DNA of 64,000 bases from Macrostomum hystrix (Eukaryota > Animalia > Platyhelminthes), in the NCBI GenBank assembly GCA_950097015.1, contig CATNEN010000007.1:11036001-11100000 (forward strand), written 5' to 3'. Position numbers and translations under genes: made by a program. The number at the start of each line of letters is the position of its first letter. Position 1 is the first letter of the stretch. Under the pieces are notes generated by a model that saw nothing but the letters and a program-made list of their open reading frames with translations, was not told where the DNA came from and did not search any database. Below, piece after piece: positions 1-11,482 of this stretch.

Positions 1-511
1 GCTGCAATGCATCTCAAAAGATTAAATTACTATTTTATATTTTATTCTATAATTTATTATTTCTTTAATCAAACTCGTTATTTTGCGCACATTTTTGCTA
101 TTTCCGCACAATTCCTTTTTTAAGATTGGTGGTTGCTATGCGAACTATGGATAGACACAAATAGGTCGAGATAGGTTTGTCTAGGGTTTAGGGTTATTTG
201 TAAAATATTCCAAACCTACTTACAGACCTACTATTGGTATTGCATATTGGCTTGGCAGGATATTAACCTCTGCTAAACTATTTCTGCTAGCTATAGGCCT
301 AGCTAATCTCAGTGTGCCATGCCACCTCCAGCCCCAGGCTGATCCCCGCTGGACGCCATCCATAATAATGGCCCCTGGTTACAATAGAGAAACTGTGCAT
401 TTCTCACTTAGGCTGCAAAAATCCTTAGAATTCGATGTTAAAAGGCATAGATAGATATTCATTTTGTTAGCTAAATTTAGGCCTATGCTACGTAATTTAC
501 TATCTCACATC

Positions 512-2195
512 CAGTGTTGAGAATTGACACTCTAAAAAGTATCGAATTAAAGCGATGCTCCGATACCGATACTCAAAAAGGTATCGGCGATTCGATACCA
601 AAATTTGAGTATCGTCGATACTTTAGTCCGATACTTTAGTCCGATACTTTAGTCCGATACTTTAGTCCGATACTTTAGTCCGATACTTTAGTCCGATACT
701 TTAGTCCGATACTTTAGTCCGATACTTTAGTCCGATACTTTAGTCCGATACTTTAGTCCGATACTTTAGTCCGATACTTTAGTCCGATACTTTAGTCCGA
801 TACTTTAGTCCGATACTTTAGTCCGATACTTTAGTCCGATACTTTAGTCCGATACTTTAGTCCGATACTTTAGTCCGATACTTTAGTCCGATACTTTAGT
901 CCGATACTTTAGTCCGATACTTTAGTCCGATACTTTAGTCCGATACTTTAGTCCGATACTTTAGTCCGATACTTTAGTCCGATACTTTAGTCCGATACTT
1001 CAGAAAATAGAAAAAATATATCTACAAAATGCAAAAACATGAAATTTTACCATGTACCAAACAGTTTCACTGTACTTACTACTTTAATTTGTGACAGAAA
1101 CTTAGAGACAACTGTTTTATTAAGCCTTTTAGATTTTATGATGTTGTGGCAGCAAAGGTTGGTGTTGCGTGGTTTGGGCTTTATTTATTTGTGCGATGTC
1201 GATGTACAAAGTTGAGGCAAGAGAGCAAGAGATCGCGTAAACAAGGAATTAGCAAGTCATTCCAACCCCCAAAGTTTTCGCACACAAGTGTGCGGCTTGC
1301 ACAAAAGGACGGCCAGGCATGAGGTGCAACACTCACTAATCACAAATTGTCATCAGCAATGTCAGATAAAAAATGATACACTAGTCAGAATGCTTAACAA
1401 TGCTTGCCACTAATTTCATTAGATGCTGATTGCCTCTGAGAAAAGGTAGGCTCATTAGAGTCATGTCAGCGACTACCATCAACAGACCCATGATGGCAGA
1501 TAGCTTCAATTAAAAAAACTTTCTTATCTCTGGCCAAAGATCATTGTCATCCTGTTTAAGTTCCACCTGTTTTGCTGTCGTTGAATAGAACTATCCTCAT
1601 TGTCATTGCCCATGGCCATATCAATGTGACAATGTCACCATGCACCACCAGTCAGTAACCACTCAATAGTCAAACGAGTCAAGTGACGTCAGATGAGATC
1701 AGAGATGTCACTATAGGATAACTAAATTGCTACACATGTCACTTCACTGTCACTACTCACTACTAAAGAAAGGATAATTGCAGTTCAATTTATTTTTGTA
1801 GTGTAGTCCACTGGCAAGCAATTACTGCATGTTAGTTGATTAATTAATGACTTGACTTTCTTTGAATTTTTAAAATAATGGTTATATAAATTCAAATTAA
1901 AACAGTTTTACGCATTTACGTACTTACACATTATAGAAAAAAGAGCAAAAATGTTGCAATTTTTAGTCAAACGTCTTTTTCATAATTTAAATACATATTT
2001 TTTCAGTTTATAGCCATTTCGTGGTTTTAAATTCAGCATTTGTTATTTAAGTATCGGACTGTTTAGTATCGGAGTACCTAATATGATAAAAGTATTGCTT
2101 GATACCATAGTCCGATACCGTCAAAAAAGTATCGAGGTCCGATACTCTGATACCCAAATTGTATCGTCGGAGTATCGGACCTGTGCCCAATACTG
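512..2195. mobile_element. Non-autonomous hAT-like DNA transposon remnant with CCGATAC/GTATCGG subterminal repeats
   Basis: Imperfect TIRs: CAGTGTTGAG at 512 and CCCAATACTG ending at 2195 (8/10 match). Dense CGATAC/GTATCG motifs in both orientations at 540-1000 and 2050-2180. No 8-bp TSD recognisable. Confidence 0.5.
616..1000. repeat. 13-bp tandem repeat (CCGATACTTTAGT), ~29-30 perfect copies
   Basis: Directly visible homogeneous array. Confidence 0.97.
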
Positions 2196-2497
2196 CTTCT
2201 TTCTTCTAAAGTTGATAGCTGCATGAGTAATAATATTAGGGGGTGAGTGGCAGAGTGATCTAATGCAATTACCTCTTGCACCAAGATCATTCTGTGGCAA
2301 GGCCAAACATTAATTTAGGGTGCAGCTGTGAGGCCACAGAGAAGGCTTGGGAGTTTGACGTGCAATTTAGAGGTTGGCTTGAGGGCTAACCTCAAAGGCA
2401 CAGTGAAAGTATACACTGTCCAATGATGAGAAATGATAAAAGTCTGCATATGTACATACACACCTCTGTACGTAGTATCCTGTGTATATGAATTCCA

Positions 2498-2575
2498 GGC
2501 ATTTCGGCGACAGTTAATTTCGGCGACATGAAAAATGGTGACTTCGGCGACAAGCAATGTTAAATTCGGCGAAAT
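2498..2575. mobile_element. Possible DNA-transposon terminus fragment (4 x TTCGGCGA motifs)
   Basis: Four spaced TTCGGCGA motifs resembling the subterminal repeats of Mutator-like TIRs. No partner end found. Confidence 0.3.
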
Positions 2576-3775
2576 TATTATTATATTCTTACTAACAAAA
2601 CCAATGCGTCTACATCCTACCGTAACCGCCTACAGCCTACAAAATACTTTCCCTTTTTGTTAAATGTAACGAACACGTGTGCTCTGACAAGCCATCCTGT
2701 GACGTGCTGATTGTTTGTCGGGATAAGAAGCTTGATAAATATCCGCACTCTGACGTACCCACCAACCTGAAGAGACCGACCAAGTGTGTGAGCGAGCCCC
2801 ATCACCAAGGCAGCTTCGTCACAGTACGATCTGCAACTCCGATCCTATGAGAACATTTACATGTACTGTGGTTTTCGCGTTTATTGAATCGAAATTTCAA
2901 TTTTATCGTATAGCCACATTTTAAATACCATGCATGCAAATACAAATGTTTCACGTAATTTGTTGTAAAGTGTAGTGCGTGGCTGTACCACGAAGCTACA
3001 ATTCACAAAGTTAAAATACTCGAAGTTAAAAGTTAGCATAAGATTCACACCAAAAGAACGAACAGCATTGCATTATGTTAAAAGCATCAAAGGGCGTTTA
3101 GCCGTGGAACATTTAGCCGACTGCAGGCTTCCAGCAGTGCCTCCTCAGATCGCAGTCCTTCAGAAAATTCTATATTCTATATTCTATATATGCTCAGAAG
3201 TCAGCAGAATTGGCAGAATTGCCTCCTTGCTGGCTGCAGGTCTACTGTCACCACTGGGTACCCTACTGGGTACAGATCAAATCGTCATATTCTAAAACGT
3301 CATATGATGATGACGATTCGCACAAACGTGTCGCAATATTCAATTTAATATTACGATCTTGACTATTTGTTCATTGCTCATTTTAATTATGAATGCGATA
3401 TGAATATTTGATGATGCATAATTCAAACAATTAATTGATTTAAAGATAGTTAAAAGTAAATGCAGATAAAATAGCACCGATAAAAGCGTTAGGTAGGCAC
3501 AATGAACAGACAAATGCAATATGCAAATATTGCAAATCATGACGATGCAATATAAGGGCACGTTTTGAGTTACATGTACATAGCTACATGCTGAACGAAA
3601 TTCAGTGCACATGTTATGTAATGTGCAATGTACTTTGAGTGGCTCAAATGACATTAGTTTTGTAGAGCCAAGTGAGACAAGGCCAAAAATGTATGCTTCG
3701 CTTCGCTTATGCCTTCAACAAAGCTGTTTGCGGAGCCAATAATATAACAATATGACGACTTCGTGAATGTCACCT

Positions 3776-4162
3776 CTGTTTTCCAAGAACATCCCGAATA
3801 TAACATGCAAAAGTTTCGCATATTTATCCTGCGATAACATGTTACAGTGTTACAGTTACATTATAATTTTTTATAAATTATAAATTATGTCATTTTATAT
3901 TAATGAATACTTTCAGCGGCTTGAAATATAAGTCCAAATACTATAGAAATGCAAAACTATAACAATTAGACAATAAGACATACATCACAGGACCTGCAAA
4001 GTAACACTGACATCTAGTAACAACAAGCTAGTTACAATTTATATGTTTGCTCTCACGATATACTTTCATAGAAGCTCGAATTCTGTAACACGGTAACATG
4101 TTATCGCAGGATAAATATGCGAAACTTTTGCATGTTATATTCGGGATGTTTTTGGAAAACAG
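3776..4162. mobile_element. Fold-back element/MITE with 80-bp terminal inverted repeats
   Basis: 3776-3855 (CTGTTTTCCAAGAACATCCCG...GTTACAG) is the reverse complement of 4083-4162 with 2 mismatches. AT-rich 227-bp spacer, no ORF. Confidence 0.75.
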
Positions 4163-4965
4163 CCCTCTTTTTTTTACAACCCGCATACAGCCCGATTTAG
4201 AATATGGCGATTTCGGCCGGAGCCCTATTGCTGACTGGGGATTGATAAAGCATCTATATGCTAGGCCTTATCTATGACCCTAAATTCTTAAATTGTTAAG
4301 GTTTTCAAACAAAATAAATACTTTAGATTAACAGGCATTGTGTGAGGCAAGAGCTGCAAAAAACCCCTGATATTCCCTGATATAATAGCTAGGCCTATTA
4401 TGAATTTGCAGTTTCTCAATATTCAATAGTAATGGTACTAGTAGTTAACTATTTACTAAAGTAGCTAGAACAAACTTGAACAGGCAAAATCGTAGTAGAC
4501 TATTTTTAAAAATGGTTAAATGAAAATATGTAGTTAGAAGATTTTCAGAAAAAAACATACTATATTATTTTTTGTCAGAAGGCTGTGGACAAAGACACAT
4601 TATTCAATGAGGCATTTCTGCCATTCTGCTGACTCCAGAGCAATACACTCATGTAGGTGTGTACATCTGCCCTGACTCTCATTGTATGCAGTGTATACTT
4701 TGCATGTGGTAATTGGAGGTGGGTATTTAAATGTGTAAATTGCACGGCTCCCAAGTCCCCAAGCATTCTTTATTAGATTTTGAGTTATTTTATTCATGTT
4801 ATGATCATTATGAAAAATGCAAAAACCATAAAAGTATCTAATATATATATTTATATACACTAGTATTACACTTCTATAAAATTATTGTCTTGGACTCTAT
4901 TTACTCAAGAGAATTGTGCTAGTATAATATATTTAAAACTTCCAGACTGCTTCTTGCCAGGTAAA

Positions 4966-6219
4966 ATGTGTCGCTGGACCATGAGACCCACACACCAGCT
5001 TTTTGTCATTTCCCTGACCCTTGGCACCATCGTCACTGGCTATATTCTGATCCTGGGATTCCTCAACAGGGGCAGCGGCAACATTGGTGGCTACCGGCTG
5101 CTAGTCCAAGAGGCAGCACCCCTACCATTGCTGGCCAGCAACATTTGGCTGCAGCGGCGATGGCTCCGACTGCGCTGGCCACTACAGGCACAGCTGGTGA
5201 GGGAGCTGGTGCCGTACCTGGTTGTAGAGTGCAGCAATCGAGCCCCCTGCCTGGCCTTTGGCAGCCCCCTGTTCCACCGCTGGCGCAGCTGGCTGCCCCT
5301 GATTGACGAATGGACGGCACGAGGCCAGGCCGACTGCGGCGTCTCCTGTGACTTTGTGGCCGATGCCAGCGCGGCGGACGCGGTGCTGTTTCACGGGCGC
5401 GATCTGGAGCCCAGGATCACGCTGAGCCGGCACCCTGAGCAGCTCTGGATCTATGTCAACATGGAGTCCCCGCTGGCCACCAAGCGCTTCGGCTACGACG
5501 TATCCGCCGACCCAAAATTCCGCTTCCTGTTCAACTGGACAGCCACCACCATCTCGAGCAGCTCCATTCACCTTCCCTACGGTGCCTGGGAGCCGAGGCC
5601 GAGTCCGCTGCCAGCCGGGGAGCCGCTGTACTCCCCCAGCAGCAAGAAGCACCTGGCATTCGTGGTATTCTCCAACTGCAAGCATTCCTTCAGCAACCGG
5701 ACAGAGAAGATTGCGCAGCTGCAGAAGTACATGGAGCTGCATGTCTACGGAGCCTGCGGCGACAGGCAGCTCCCGAGGAGCGCCACAGTGATCCAGGAAT
5801 TGTCCAAGAAGTACCGGTTCTACCTGAGCTTTGAGAACGCCTTCTGTCGCGACTACATCACGGAGAAGCTGCACTCCAACGGGCTCGAGTCGCACGCGGT
5901 TCCCGTTGCGTTCGGCGGCCTATCGCGCGCCGACTACGAGAAGGTGAGTCCGCCGAACTCGTTCGTGTACGCCCTGGACTTCACCAGCGCCAAGCAGCTG
6001 GCGGACCACCTGGCCGGCCTGGCAGCCGATGAGAGCCGCTACGCCCGGCTGCTCGAGTGGAAGCGGCAATTCCGGGCAGCTCCCAGTGCGTCAATGCTTT
6101 GCGCCATCTGCCGTAAGCTGCACAGCAGCTCCGCCCATGTACCAGCTGTGGCCGATCTCAGCGAGTTCTCAGACGTCGGGCGCAACTGCCAGCCCGTGGA
6201 TTCGCCCTACCTTCCGTGA
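4966..6219 (+). CDS. Alpha-1,3-fucosyltransferase (glycosyltransferase family 10), intronless, type II membrane protein
   Basis: First in-frame ATG at 4966. N-terminal TM segment LFVISLTLGTIVTGYILILGF. GT10 motifs ADAVLFH, WIYVNMESP, FNWTAT, and the alpha-1,3 motif YRFYLSFENAFCRDYITEKL. PPNSFV and C-terminal LCAIC also present. Confidence 0.93.
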   Translation: MCRWTMRPTHQLFVISLTLGTIVTGYILILGFLNRGSGNIGGYRLLVQEAAPLPLLASNIWLQRRWLRLRWPLQAQLVRELVPYLVVECSNRAPCLAFGSPLFHRWRSWLPLIDEWTARGQADCGVSCDFVADASAADAVLFHGRDLEPRITLSRHPEQLWIYVNMESPLATKRFGYDVSADPKFRFLFNWTATTISSSSIHLPYGAWEPRPSPLPAGEPLYSPSSKKHLAFVVFSNCKHSFSNRTEKIAQLQKYMELHVYGACGDRQLPRSATVIQELSKKYRFYLSFENAFCRDYITEKLHSNGLESHAVPVAFGGLSRADYEKVSPPNSFVYALDFTSAKQLADHLAGLAADESRYARLLEWKRQFRAAPSASMLCAICRKLHSSSAHVPAVADLSEFSDVGRNCQPVDSPYLP

Positions 6220-7491
6220 CCTCCCGGCTGCGTGATGGCATTCCTGTGCGCTGAATTTTAGTCAGTGTTTTTTTCGCTGCAGCGGAAAAAACCCTTTTGC
6301 ATTCCTCTGGCATTCTATTTGAGCAGTGCTCAACTTCTCAAATCTCTTCCGTGCGTTTTTTGGTTATTTTTTGGCATTGTTCTTAAATAGGCGAGTTAAC
6401 TAGGTGCAAATCATCTGTGCTTTCTTCGTTACACATTTTGGTAGAGTTTGCGAAAGCTTTAAGCATCTGTCTTAAGCAGCTCTACTTTCCATGATGTTTA
6501 TAAATATAAATAACAGATCAGCACTCATGGCCATCTAATAATTTTATGAGAGTATTTGAAAATGTGTATTTGTCCAAAAAACAATTTACAGTTTACTAAT
6601 ACCTTGAAAAAATATATAAGCAAGTAGGATATCGATAGATGCATAAGCTTCTTAACACGTAAGATCGATAGATCAATCAGCTAGTCATATTGAACATCAA
6701 TAAATCAATCAGCTAGTCATATTGAACATCAATAAATCAATAATCTAGTCATATTGAACATCAATAAATCAATCAGCTAGTCATATTGAACATCAATAAA
6801 TCAATAATCTAGTCATATTGAACATCAATAAATCAATAAGCTAGTCATATTGAACATCAATAAATCAATCAGCTAGTCATATTGAACATCAATAAATCAA
6901 TCAGCTAGTCATATTGAACATCAATAAATCAATCAGCTAGTCATATTGAACATCAATAAATCAATAAGCTAGTCATATTGAACATCAATAAATCAATCAG
7001 CTAGTCATATTGAACATCAATAAATCAATAAGCTAGTCATATTGAACATCAATAAATCAATCAGCTAGTCATATTGAACATCAATAAATCAATCAGCTAG
7101 TCATATTGAACATCAATAAATCAATCAGCTAGTCATATTGAACATCAATAAATCAATCAGCTAGTCATATTGAACATCAATAAATCAATCAGCTAGTCAT
7201 ATTGAACATCAATAAATCAATCAGCTAGTCATATTGAACATCAATAAATCAATCAGCTAGTCATATTGAACATCAATAAATCAATCAGCTAGTCATATTG
7301 AACATCAATAAATCAATCAGCTAGTCATATTGAACATCAATAAATCAATCAGCTAGTCATATTGAACATCAATAAATCAATCAGCTAGTCATATTGAACA
7401 TCGATAAATCAATCAGCTGGTCATATTGAACATCAATAAATCAATCAGCTAGTCATATTGAACATCAATAAATCAATCAGCTGGTCATATT

Positions 7492-7792
7492 AATAATAAT
7501 TGATTACACCTGCCCCAATTGGGTCAGATGTGCAGCCGACAGCACAGCCGCAGCTAATGCGCGGCGCATCTGAAGGCTGCGTACAGCTGTTCAGTCCACG
7601 GACTGGGGGGACGCCACACCCACCTTCAATTATCCCAGCTGATGCTGGTACCCATTTAACAGCTGGGTGAACTGAAACAATGCAGAGTTAAGTGTCTTGC
7701 TAAAGGACGCAAATTGTTCCAGTGGAGTCGGGAATCGAACCCCCGACCTTCAAGTCGTGAGTCCGACGCCTTAACCACTAGGCTACAACCTC
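7492..7792 (-). mobile_element. tRNA-derived SINE (301 bp), copy 1
   Basis: Minus strand starts GAGGTTGTAGCCTAGTGGTTAAGGCG (Pol III A box), then GGTTCGATTCC (B box). Central CCTTTAGCAAGACACTTAAC...CACCCAGCTGTTAAATGGGTACC resembles Deu/Nin-type SINE cores. 3' stem-loop CAGATG...CATCTG and (ATT)n tail. TSD TCATATT at 7485-7491 and 7793-7799. Confidence 0.88.
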
Positions 7793-8311
7793 TCATATTG
7801 AACATCAATAAATCAATCAGCTAGTCATATTGAACATCAATAAATCAATAAGCTAGTCATATTGAACATCGATAAATCAATCAGCTAGTCATATTGAACA
7901 TCAATAAATCAATAAGCTAGTCATATTGAACATCAATAAATCAATCAGCTAGTCACATTGAACATCAATAAATCAATCAGCTAGTCATATTGAACATCGA
8001 TAAATCAATAAGCTAGTCATATTGAACATCAATAAATCAATCAGCTAGTCATATTGAACATCAATAAATCAATAAGCTAGTCATATTGAACATCAATAAA
8101 TCAATCAGCTAGTCATATTGAACATCAATAAATCAATCAGCTAGTCATATTGAACATCAATAAATCAATAAGCTAGTCATATTGAACATCAATAAATCAA
8201 TCAGCTAGTCATATTGAACATCGATAAATCAATCAGCTGGTCATATTGAACATCAATAAATCAATCAGCTAGTCATATTGAACATCAATAAATCAATCAG
8301 CTGGTCATATT

Positions 8312-8612
8312 AATAATAATTGATTACACCTGCCCCAATTGGGTCAGATGTGCAGCCGACAGCACAGCCGCAGCTAATGCGCGGCGCATCTGAAGGCTGC
8401 GTACAGCTGTTCAGTCCACGGACTGGGGGGACGCCACACCCACCTTCAATTATCCCAGCTGATGCTGGTACCCATTTAACAGCTGGGTGAACTGAAACAA
8501 TGCAGAGTTAAGTGTCTTGCTAAAGGACGCAAATTGTTCCAGTGGAGTCGGGAATCGAACCCCCGACCTTCAAGTCGTGAGTCCGACGCCTTAACCACTA
8601 GGCTACAACCTC
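8312..8612 (-). mobile_element. tRNA-derived SINE (301 bp), copy 2, identical to copy 1
   Basis: Same sequence, TSD and flanking repeat variants as copy 1, exactly 820 bp downstream. Confidence 0.88.
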
Positions 8613-10160
8613 TCATATTGAACATCAATAAATCAATCAGCTAGTCATATTGAACATCAATAAATCAATAAGCTAGTCATATTGAACATCGATAAATCAA
8701 TCAGCTAGTCATATTGAACATCAATAAATCAATAAGCTAGTCATATTGAACATCAATAAATCAATCAGCTAGTCACATTGAACATCAATAAATCAATCAG
8801 CTAGTCATATTGAACATCGATAAATCAATAAGCTAGTCATATTGAACATCAATAAATCAATCAGCTAGTCATATTGAACATCAATAAATCAATAAGCTAG
8901 TCATATTGAACATCAATAAATCAATCAGCTAGTCATATTGAACATCAATAAATCAATCAGCTAGTCATATTGAACATCAATAAATCAATCAGCTAGTCAT
9001 ATTGAACATCGATAAATCAATAAGCTAGTCATATTGAACATCAATAAATCAATCAGCTAGTCATATTGAACATCAATAAATCAATAAGCTAGTCATATTG
9101 AACATCAATAAATCAATAAGCTAGTCATATTGAACATCAATAAATCAATCAGCTAGTCATATTGAACATCAATAAATCAATCAGCTAGTCATATTGAACA
9201 TCAATAAATCAATCAGCTAGTCATATTGAACATCGATAAATCAATAAGCTAGTCATATTGAACATCAATAAATCAATAAGCTAGTCATATTGAACATCAA
9301 TAAATCAATAAGCTAGTCATATTGAACATCAATAAATCAATAAGCTAGTCATATTGAACATCAATAAATCAATCAGCTAGTCATATTGAACATCGATAAA
9401 TCAATAAGCTAGTCATATTGAACATCAATAAATCAATCAGCTAGTCATATTGAACATCAATAAATCAATAAGCTAGTCATATTGAACATCAATAAATCAA
9501 TAAGCTAGTCATATTGAACATCAATAAATCAATCAGCTAGTCATATTGAACATCAATAAATCAATCAGCTAGTCATATTGAACATCAATAAATCAATCAG
9601 CTAGTCATATTGAACATCAATAAATCAATAAGCTAGTCATATTGAACATCAATAAATCAATCAGCTAGTCATATTGAACATCAATAAATCAATAAGCTAG
9701 TCATATTGAACATCGATAAATCAATCAGCTAGTCATATTGAACATCAATAAATCAATCAGCTAGTCATATTGAACATCAATAAATCAATCAGCTAGTCAT
9801 ATTGAACATCGATAAATCAATCAGCTAGTCATATTGAACATCAATAAATCAATCAGCTAGTCATATTGAACATCAATAAATCAATCAGCTAGTCATATTG
9901 AACATCGATAAATCAATCAGCTAGTCATATTGAACATCAATAAATCAATCAGCTAGTCATATTGAACATCAATAAATCAATCAGCTAGTCATATTGAACA
10001 TCAATAAATCAATCAGCTAGTCATATTGAACATCGATATTCCAATCGGTTAGTCTTATTGAAATTCGGATATGGCTTCGGTTTCTGAATAAATCAATCAG
10101 CTAGTCACATTGACAGACAGATGCTGCTAGCAAGTCCCAGATCCGCAATGAGACTCAGTC

Positions 10161-10337
10161 TCAGGTGTCATCGGCGCCAAGCAGCTGCTGCTTCATTCGG
10201 CTGGCCCGCACGCGGAAGTAGGACAGGAAGAACAGCAGCAGCGCCAGAAACATGATGTTGACAACCAGCAGGCAGAAGTCCAGATTGCTGATCTCGTAGC
10301 CATCGATAAAGCTGTTTTGTGTTTGGTCCGGACTCAT
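10161..10337 (-). CDS. 58-aa single-pass membrane microprotein, or terminal exon of a larger gene: MSPDQTQNSFIDGYEISNLDFCLLVVNIMFLALLLFFLSYFRVRASRMKQQLLGADDT
   Basis: Translated manually (below the ORF-track cutoff). ~21-aa hydrophobic segment followed by basic RVRASRMK. GC3-rich codons (CTG, TTC, ATC) like neighbouring genes. ATG is directly preceded by TAGCAG. Confidence 0.65.
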   Translation of the reverse strand: MSPDQTQNSFIDGYEISNLDFCLLVVNIMFLALLLFFLSYFRVRASRMKQQLLGADDT

Positions 10338-10592
10338 CTGCTAGCCATAAGCAAACACTGCGCAGCAATTACAAAGTGTCTGTTGTTGCGATACAACCAG
10401 GAAGCTGGTTGCTTTCGCTACCGCATCTTGAGCTCTCTCGCCTCGATTCGGCTCGACCATAGACAAATTTATCTTTTCGATCGAGTTGCGATTTGGAAAC
10501 TGAATATCCAAGGTATGTTCAAGCAATACGACAATAAAAATAGCGACAACAACAAAGGAGAGATAGCGCACAGCTTTTGAGTGACGCAACGC

Positions 10593-11150
10593 CACAGCTG
10601 GGCATTGTTGGATACAGCTGGGTGTTGTAGGACACAGCTGGCTATTGTAGGACACAGCTGGGTATTGTAGGATACAGCTGGCTATTGTAGGACACAGCTG
10701 GGTATTGTAGGACACAGCTGGGTATTGTAGGACACAGCTGGCTATTGTAGGACACAGCTGGCTATTGTAGGACACAGCTGGCTATTGTAGGACACAGCTG
10801 GCTATTGTAGGACACAGCTGGGCATTGTAGGACACAGCTGGGTATTGTAGGACACAGCTGGGCATTGTAGGACACAGCTGGGTATTGTAGGACACAGCTG
10901 GCTATTGTAGGACACAGCTGGCTATTGTAGGACACAGCTGGCTATTGTAGGACACAGCTGGGTATTGTAGGACACAGCTGGGCATTGTAGGACACAGCTG
11001 GGTATTGTAGGACACAGCTGGGCATTGTAGGACACAGCTGGGTATTGTAGGACACAGCTGGGCATTGTAGGACACAGCTGGGTATTGTAGGACACAGCTG
11101 GCTATTGTAGGACACAGCTGGCTATTGTAGGACACAGCTGGGTATTGTAG
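10593..11150. repeat. 20-bp minisatellite (GACACAGCTGGGTATTGTAG), left part, ~28 copies
   Basis: Directly visible. Continues on the far side of the Gypsy insertion. Confidence 0.97.
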
Positions 11151-11341
11151 TGTGGACTAAGGCAGAGAGACTGCGACTTAGAGTTGACGAAGCTTTACAG
11201 CGATTTATTTATTGACTCACGAGTTAAATAGCAATCAGTGCCAAGGTGTAAAAGTGAGAGAGAAAGGCATGCACGCGGTTGATGTACATTAGACACACAG
11301 AGAAGTGAACGCATATGTACGATGCACTGCCACACACTACA
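11151..11341 (-). repeat. 3' LTR of Gypsy element
   Basis: 191 bp, one substitution relative to 15570-15760. Contains AATAAA on the minus strand. Confidence 0.95.
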
Positions 11342-11482
11342 ATCCTCCCATGCAAAGAAAAGAGAAGAATCGAAGGAAATAAATAAATTCAAAAAGAATA
11401 AAACGCAGCAAGTGATTGGTGCATCTTAAGCAACATTAAGACAGTCCATGAATGAGTTCAGCGCAGCCATTCAATCAAAAGT

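Larger units (their letters stand above)
6664..10037. repeat. 32-bp minisatellite (CATCAATAAATCAATCAGCTAGTCATATTGAA), ~86 copies, interrupted by two SINE copies
   Basis: Directly visible. Variants include ATCAG/ATAAG and CAATA/CGATA. Degenerate units at both edges. Confidence 0.97.

Noticed and set aside
4885-4965. N-terminal extension of the fucosyltransferase ORF
   Set aside because: Starts at TTG in AT-rich sequence; ATG 4966 gives a normal type II topology.
7715-7792. tRNA gene
   Set aside because: The tRNA-like head continues into a SINE body with tail and TSD; acceptor and anticodon stems are imperfect and there is no terminator.
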